In this document: positions 59,962 through 64,000 of the stretch, piece after piece
How positions within the stretch are numbered: the first letter of the stretch is position 1
How the letters are laid out: each line of letters starts with the position of its first letter
Translations under genes and position numbers: made by a program
Assembly (NCBI GenBank): GCA_965217865.1
Contig: CBDCJO010000002.1
Coordinates: forward strand, 4,512,001-4,576,000
Reading direction: 5' to 3'
DNA: 64,000 bases
From: Candidatus Latescibacterota bacterium
Lineage (GTDB): Bacteria; Latescibacterota; UBA2968; SICM01
The notes under the pieces: generated by a model
What the model was told of the DNA's origin: nothing
Databases searched by the model: none
Seen by the model: the letters and a program-made list of their open reading frames with translations, nothing else

Positions 59962-60654
59962 TCAATAAGCAACGGTTTCAAAAATCTCTTCCAGTGACTT
60001 ACCCTGTTCCTCGCGCACCTGATCCATATTTCCCGAAAGCGCGATCTCTCCGGCCTTCATAAACACCAAATCTTCGATAAACGCTTCGATTTCGGTTACC
60101 AGATGCGACGTCAGAAACATCGTCTGAGCGTCAAACCGAAACTCATTAAACAGCCCCTGGAGTATTCTTCGCCGTGACGGCGGATCGATTCCGGCAAACG
60201 GCTCGTCCATCAGCACCAGATCGCTCGACCAGGAGAAGGCAGCAACCACTTTCAGCCGCCCTTGTTGCCCGCGTGAAAGCGTGCCGATTTTCTGATCTTC
60301 GGGCAAATTCATGAACTTCAGCAATTCACGAGACTTATCCATATCCCATCCTGGATAGAACGCCGACAGAAACTCGAGCTGTTCCACCCCCCCCATCCAC
60401 TTGTAAAACGGATCTACCTCAGGCAAAAAAGCCACACGGCGCCGGGTTTCAACCCCAACGGGCTGCCCGTCCAGCAAAACGGTGCCCTTGCTCGGACGCG
60501 TAACGCCTGCAAGAATGCGAAACAGCGTGCTCTTCCCGCAGCCATTCTCACCCAAAATGCCCAACACGCGCCCCGTTTCCGCCCTCAACGAGATATCGCG
60601 CAATGCCCAGGTTCCGGGATATCGCTTCCACAGATCGCGAATTTCGACTTTCAT
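59962..60654 (-). CDS. ABC transporter ATP-binding protein (YtrB-like)
   Basis: GENGCGKST, LSRGQ, MDEP, TSH. Confidence 0.92.
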   Translation of the reverse strand: MKVEIRDLWKRYPGTWALRDISLRAETGRVLGILGENGCGKSTLFRILAGVTRPSKGTVLLDGQPVGVETRRRVAFLPEVDPFYKWMGGVEQLEFLSAFYPGWDMDKSRELLKFMNLPEDQKIGTLSRGQQGRLKVVAAFSWSSDLVLMDEPFAGIDPPSRRRILQGLFNEFRFDAQTMFLTSHLVTEIEAFIEDLVFMKAGEIALSGNMDQVREEQGKSLEEIFETVAY

Positions 60655-61028
60655 GACAGCACCCCCTTGATCTCGTCGAGTATGCGCGCTACCTGATGCG
60701 CGTTCAACCCCAATTCCTGGATCTCGGTCACAAAACTTTCCACCGCAGCCTCTGCCAACCCCTCCCGCTCGGTTTCGACGCGCTCAGGCGTTTCGGTCAC
60801 AAACGAACCCTGCCCGCGTCGGGTAAACACAAACCCCTCGCGCTCCAGTTCCGAGTAAGCCCGTGCAATCGTGTTGGGATTGACCCCCATCTGCAAGGCC
60901 ATCTCCCGAACCGAGGGCAATTTCTCCCCTGGCGGATACCTCCCACGCACGGTGCGCTTCTTGATCTCCGCGATGATTTGAAGGTAAATCGGCCGATTTG
61001 GATCAAATTCAAAAGTCTGCACGGCCAT
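60651..61028 (-). CDS. GntR family regulator (YtrA subfamily)
   Basis: PIYLQI, LPSVRE, VNPNTIARAY, RRGQGSFV; 125 aa. Confidence 0.93.
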   Translation of the reverse strand: MAVQTFEFDPNRPIYLQIIAEIKKRTVRGRYPPGEKLPSVREMALQMGVNPNTIARAYSELEREGFVFTRRGQGSFVTETPERVETEREGLAEAAVESFVTEIQELGLNAHQVARILDEIKGVLS

Positions 61029-61055
61029 TGGCCTCTTTCAAAAATATAACTGTTT

Positions 61056-61081
61056 TAGTGTCATAATTAAATAATACACTA
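61056..61081. promoter_or_regulatory. Putative YtrA-type operator
   Basis: tagtgt-N14-acacta inverted repeat in the promoter region. Confidence 0.6.
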
Positions 61082-61454
61082 ATACGAAAACAATGTCAAC
61101 AATTTTTCTTAAAAAATCCCTCCAGCATAACCGCGGAATGGATAAACAACAATTCTACAACATGTTGTAAGAAACACTCAAATATGAACCAGTAATTTCC
61201 GGTTAGGAAATCGCAGACAGTGGGGGCGCAATATTTATGCCACCCAATACCAGACCTATACTATTTGCAATAGGCGGTGAAATTACAACATGTTAAGTTT
61301 TGAAGCATACTGGGGATAAAGAAATGTGAGACATGGATGTTACACCGTCGAGGAATTCACGGCTCAGCCTTGGTGGGAAAATGCTGGGGGCTTTGTATGA
61401 GTAAGCAACAAGCCAAACCATATTTACATCAAATTCCCGTGCTCCTAAACGACA

Positions 61455-61983
61455 TAAGTAATTGCGCATAATGCCAAGATTCGTTATCTTTGTTTTGACG
61501 TGAAAAAGCTCACGATATCTGATACAGAAAGTGTCATCCTCGCGCTACAAGATGAGATCCGAAGGTCTCCGGAGTCTCGCTTTGGCCATCGGCTGCATGG
61601 CATTTTGCTGGTTGCTCAGGGGAACAGCGGTCGGGAGGTAAAACCATTCAGCCCATCCCCACCGGAATACAGAATACAGAAGACAGGAGCCAGAAGAAGA
61701 CCTAAAAAAGAGAGGGACCAGAGGCCAGAGGTCAGAGGCCAGGGAAAAGCAATGGGTCGGAGGTCAGGGGCCATGGAAAAGAACCGTGAGACGGGAGATG
61801 TGAGATGTGAGACGGGAAAGGCAGGGGCCAGAGGAGTAGGACACTTCCCATCCCCACCGAGAATACAGAAAACAGAAGATGACCTAAAAAACCGAGGGGT
61901 CATAGTCAGGGAAAAGGAAAATCATGAACTCAGTCTGTGGGCAGGTTGAACCGAACTGTCCGGAAAATATGCGCAATTACTTA
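61455..61983 (+). mobile_element. Internally deleted IS630-like element (MITE-like)
   Basis: Perfect 16-bp IRs taagtaattgcgcata / tatgcgcaattactta with TA ends; 61500-61640 encodes a transposase-like HTH start (RLHGILLVAQG). Confidence 0.75.
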
Positions 61984-61991
61984 AGACGCTA

Positions 61992-62862
61992 TTATAATTG
62001 AAGATTGAATATTCGGCAAACTGAATATTGGAAAACAGCTACAGACGTATTTGCTGAAAGCGCTGACGCCACGAATGCCCTGGCCTCCTGACCCTCCTTG
62101 GTCCGAAGCTCCGGCGTGTCGATCCCTCTGAGCCGTATGTTCTGCCGGGCCCAGACCCGGAATCCGCAGTCCACGTCCAGCCACAGGGTGTCGCCGTCGA
62201 TCACCCGCTCCACGTAAACCAGGTAGGAGTAAGCGGCCCGTGTATCGGGTACCGTCAAAAGCCTGAAAACCGGTTCCACCTCATCCGGACCGCGAACCGC
62301 CTCCACGAATCTTCGGGAGGTTATCAAGCCGATCCAGCGGCCTTTCGAGTAGGATGGCGAACCCCAGATCCAGGCGCAGCCCTTCCCCCCGGAGCTTCTA
62401 TCAGCCGGTAGGTCGAAAGCTGTCCCCGCTTGGCCCGGAGTCGTGCCGCAGGCCTCTTTTGCGGTTGCTTAACGGTCTTCTCAGGGAGAGAACCGGCCTG
62501 GTCTGGACGGCCAGTTCCCGGCTGCTAAAAGCGTGTCTATCTGATTTATAGAAAAAGAGATACTGTTTATCATCCGATGTGAGTTTTATCAGCCTTCGGT
62601 AGTGCATCCAGGTCAATTTTGAACGCGCGCGCAGAATTGGAAAGGACCGGTGGAACCGAAGAGATTCATACTAAATCCTCTCGCTGATTCCTACGGCCTT
62701 CGCCAGCCGGGGAACCAACTGTTTTCCGTATTCCGCCCGGTCCTTATTTGCAAGCAAATGCGCCTGGATCAAGCCCCCAACCTCCCAGTAGGTCCTGGCC
62801 TTTTCCCGCTCCACGGCCTGACGGGCCCTTTCATTGCCCTAAATACGTTTAGAAGAACACAT
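61992..62862 (-). pseudogene. Fragmented DUF1016-N-like plus thermonuclease (SNase) gene
   Basis: Fragments YWEVG..RAEYGKQLVPRLA, LTWMHYRRLI, VERVIDGDTL..IRLRGIDTPE. Confidence 0.65.
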
Positions 62863-63001
62863 TGAAACCTGTGGCTCGCGTGTTCGTGGAAAGAGCGAGC
62901 ACCTATTTTTCTTAGGGGTTTGGATTACTTATATTTATATATAAGGGCTTCAGGAAATCAGCACTGCAGAATAAAGAATCTTTCCGACTGAGGACGGTTT
63001 T

Positions 63002-63463
63002 ATGGCGACCTTCGAAGCTCTGATCACGATCGACGCGCCTGTTCAGGACGTCTGGAAGGCGTTATCGGATATCGGCTCGATCCACAGGTGGAACCCCGGC
63101 GTTGTATCCTCCTACGTCAACACGGATCAGGAGGCAGGCGTTGGTGCGGGCCGGCGCTGTTATCTTGGGGGCAAGAACTATCTGGATGAAAGGGTCGTGG
63201 CGTGGGAGGACGGCGAACGTCTGACGATGCGAATCATCGGCACAAACCTCCCGTTCAAGACGGCGGACATTCGTTTCACTTTAAACGTGGAGCACGATTC
63301 CACGGTGGTCAAGGTCTCGCCCGATTATGAGCTCAAGTTCGGTCCGATGGGAAAGCTTATCGATCTTCTCTTTGCTCGTAGATCTTACGCGAAGGGTATG
63401 AATGACCTGCTTGCGGGGCTCAAGGACTATGTTGAAGGAAAGACACAGGTGCCGGCCGAGTGA
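63002..63463 (+). CDS. SRPBCC/polyketide cyclase family protein
   Basis: IDAPVQDVWKAL..WNP, GVGAGRRC, LAGLKDYVE. Confidence 0.88.
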   Translation: MATFEALITIDAPVQDVWKALSDIGSIHRWNPGVVSSYVNTDQEAGVGAGRRCYLGGKNYLDERVVAWEDGERLTMRIIGTNLPFKTADIRFTLNVEHDSTVVKVSPDYELKFGPMGKLIDLLFARRSYAKGMNDLLAGLKDYVEGKTQVPAE

Positions 63464-63575
63464 GGGAATGGATATATCCCTCAGATTTTTTGATGATAAC
63501 AGGCCCCGCAGGCCAACTGATTTGAGTTTACGAATGGCAGTATCTTTTTTCCCGTCAGGAAGGAGGCGAACATAG

Positions 63576-63899
63576 ATGGTAAAAGACAATTCTTCGTGGG
63601 GTGAAAAGCGAAAACATCCGCGGATCGAGATTGAACTTCCGGTTCTGGCACACGTGGAAGGGGAAAAGAAGGAGACCGTGATTTCGCAATTGGTGGACAT
63701 CAGCGCACACGGCATGCAGCTCAAGATGGCCAGTTCCGATTTCGAAACCCTCCAGACAGGTTCAAAACAGGAAGGTAAGAACAACCGTTTTGAAATCCGA
63801 CTCACTGCCCGGCTTTCGTGGGTCATGCCGGATGAGCAGGGGTTGTTCAAAACAGGGTGGGAGTTCAACATCGTGGACGATGAGGAACGGATCGGATAA
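63576..63899 (+). CDS. PilZ domain protein
   Basis: EKRKHPR (RxxxR) and DISAHG (DxSxxG); AGGAGG RBS. Confidence 0.85.
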   Translation: MVKDNSSWGEKRKHPRIEIELPVLAHVEGEKKETVISQLVDISAHGMQLKMASSDFETLQTGSKQEGKNNRFEIRLTARLSWVMPDEQGLFKTGWEFNIVDDEERIG

Positions 63900-63904
63900 C
63901 AAAA

Positions 63905-64000
63905 CCCGTGGATCGTGATTCGTGAATCGGGGTTCGGAAGTCGGGGTTCAAAGGTCAGGGAAAAGTAGTAGCAGTGGCAGGAAAACCGTGAAACGTCAGA
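63905..64000 (+). repeat. Heptamer mosaic related to 4379-4410 and 50498-50528
   Basis: cgtggatcgtgattcgtgaatcgggg.. and agcagtggcaggaaaaccgtgaaacgtcaga. Confidence 0.7.

Noticed and set aside
61500-61949. 149-aa ORF as an intact gene
   Set aside because: Only the first ~45 aa are transposase-like; the rest is read-through into repeat DNA.
63465-63575. c-di-GMP riboswitch before the PilZ gene
   Set aside because: No GGCAAA..GCAAA/GNRA-receptor pattern.
1-64000. Genome-wide TAG reassignment
   Set aside because: Many genes end at TAG exactly at family-typical C-termini (e.g. 1915, 17721, 22818, 33118).

Overview
Bacterial chromosomal window (GC-rich, standard code, no rRNA/tRNA/CRISPR seen). 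It is accessory-like: several ABC-2 exporter operons, an ABC-F, two extended ECF sigma factors, a two-component pair, Rrf2/LysR/BlaI/GntR regulators, metabolic enzymes, one intact IS (29413-30938, TTAG duplication), an internally deleted IS630-like element and many pseudogenes or deletion scars. The strongest signal is in leaders too short for the ORF track. A non-discriminating-type AspRS is preceded by two tandem Asn-rich leader-peptide attenuators. A highly divergent MetRS-fold synthetase is preceded by an attenuator of the same design whose control codons are Gln (QFQQQQVQ), not Met. That enzyme also appears, by eye alignment, to have lost the canonical Met-pocket residues, so it may be a MetRS paralog repurposed for Gln-tRNA supply (inference, untested). 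Non-coding DNA also carries a family of heptamer-repeat elements, a DUF559-derived composite repeat and an orphan promoter-hairpins-terminator RNA candidate. All product calls come from motif recognition by eye; no searches were run.
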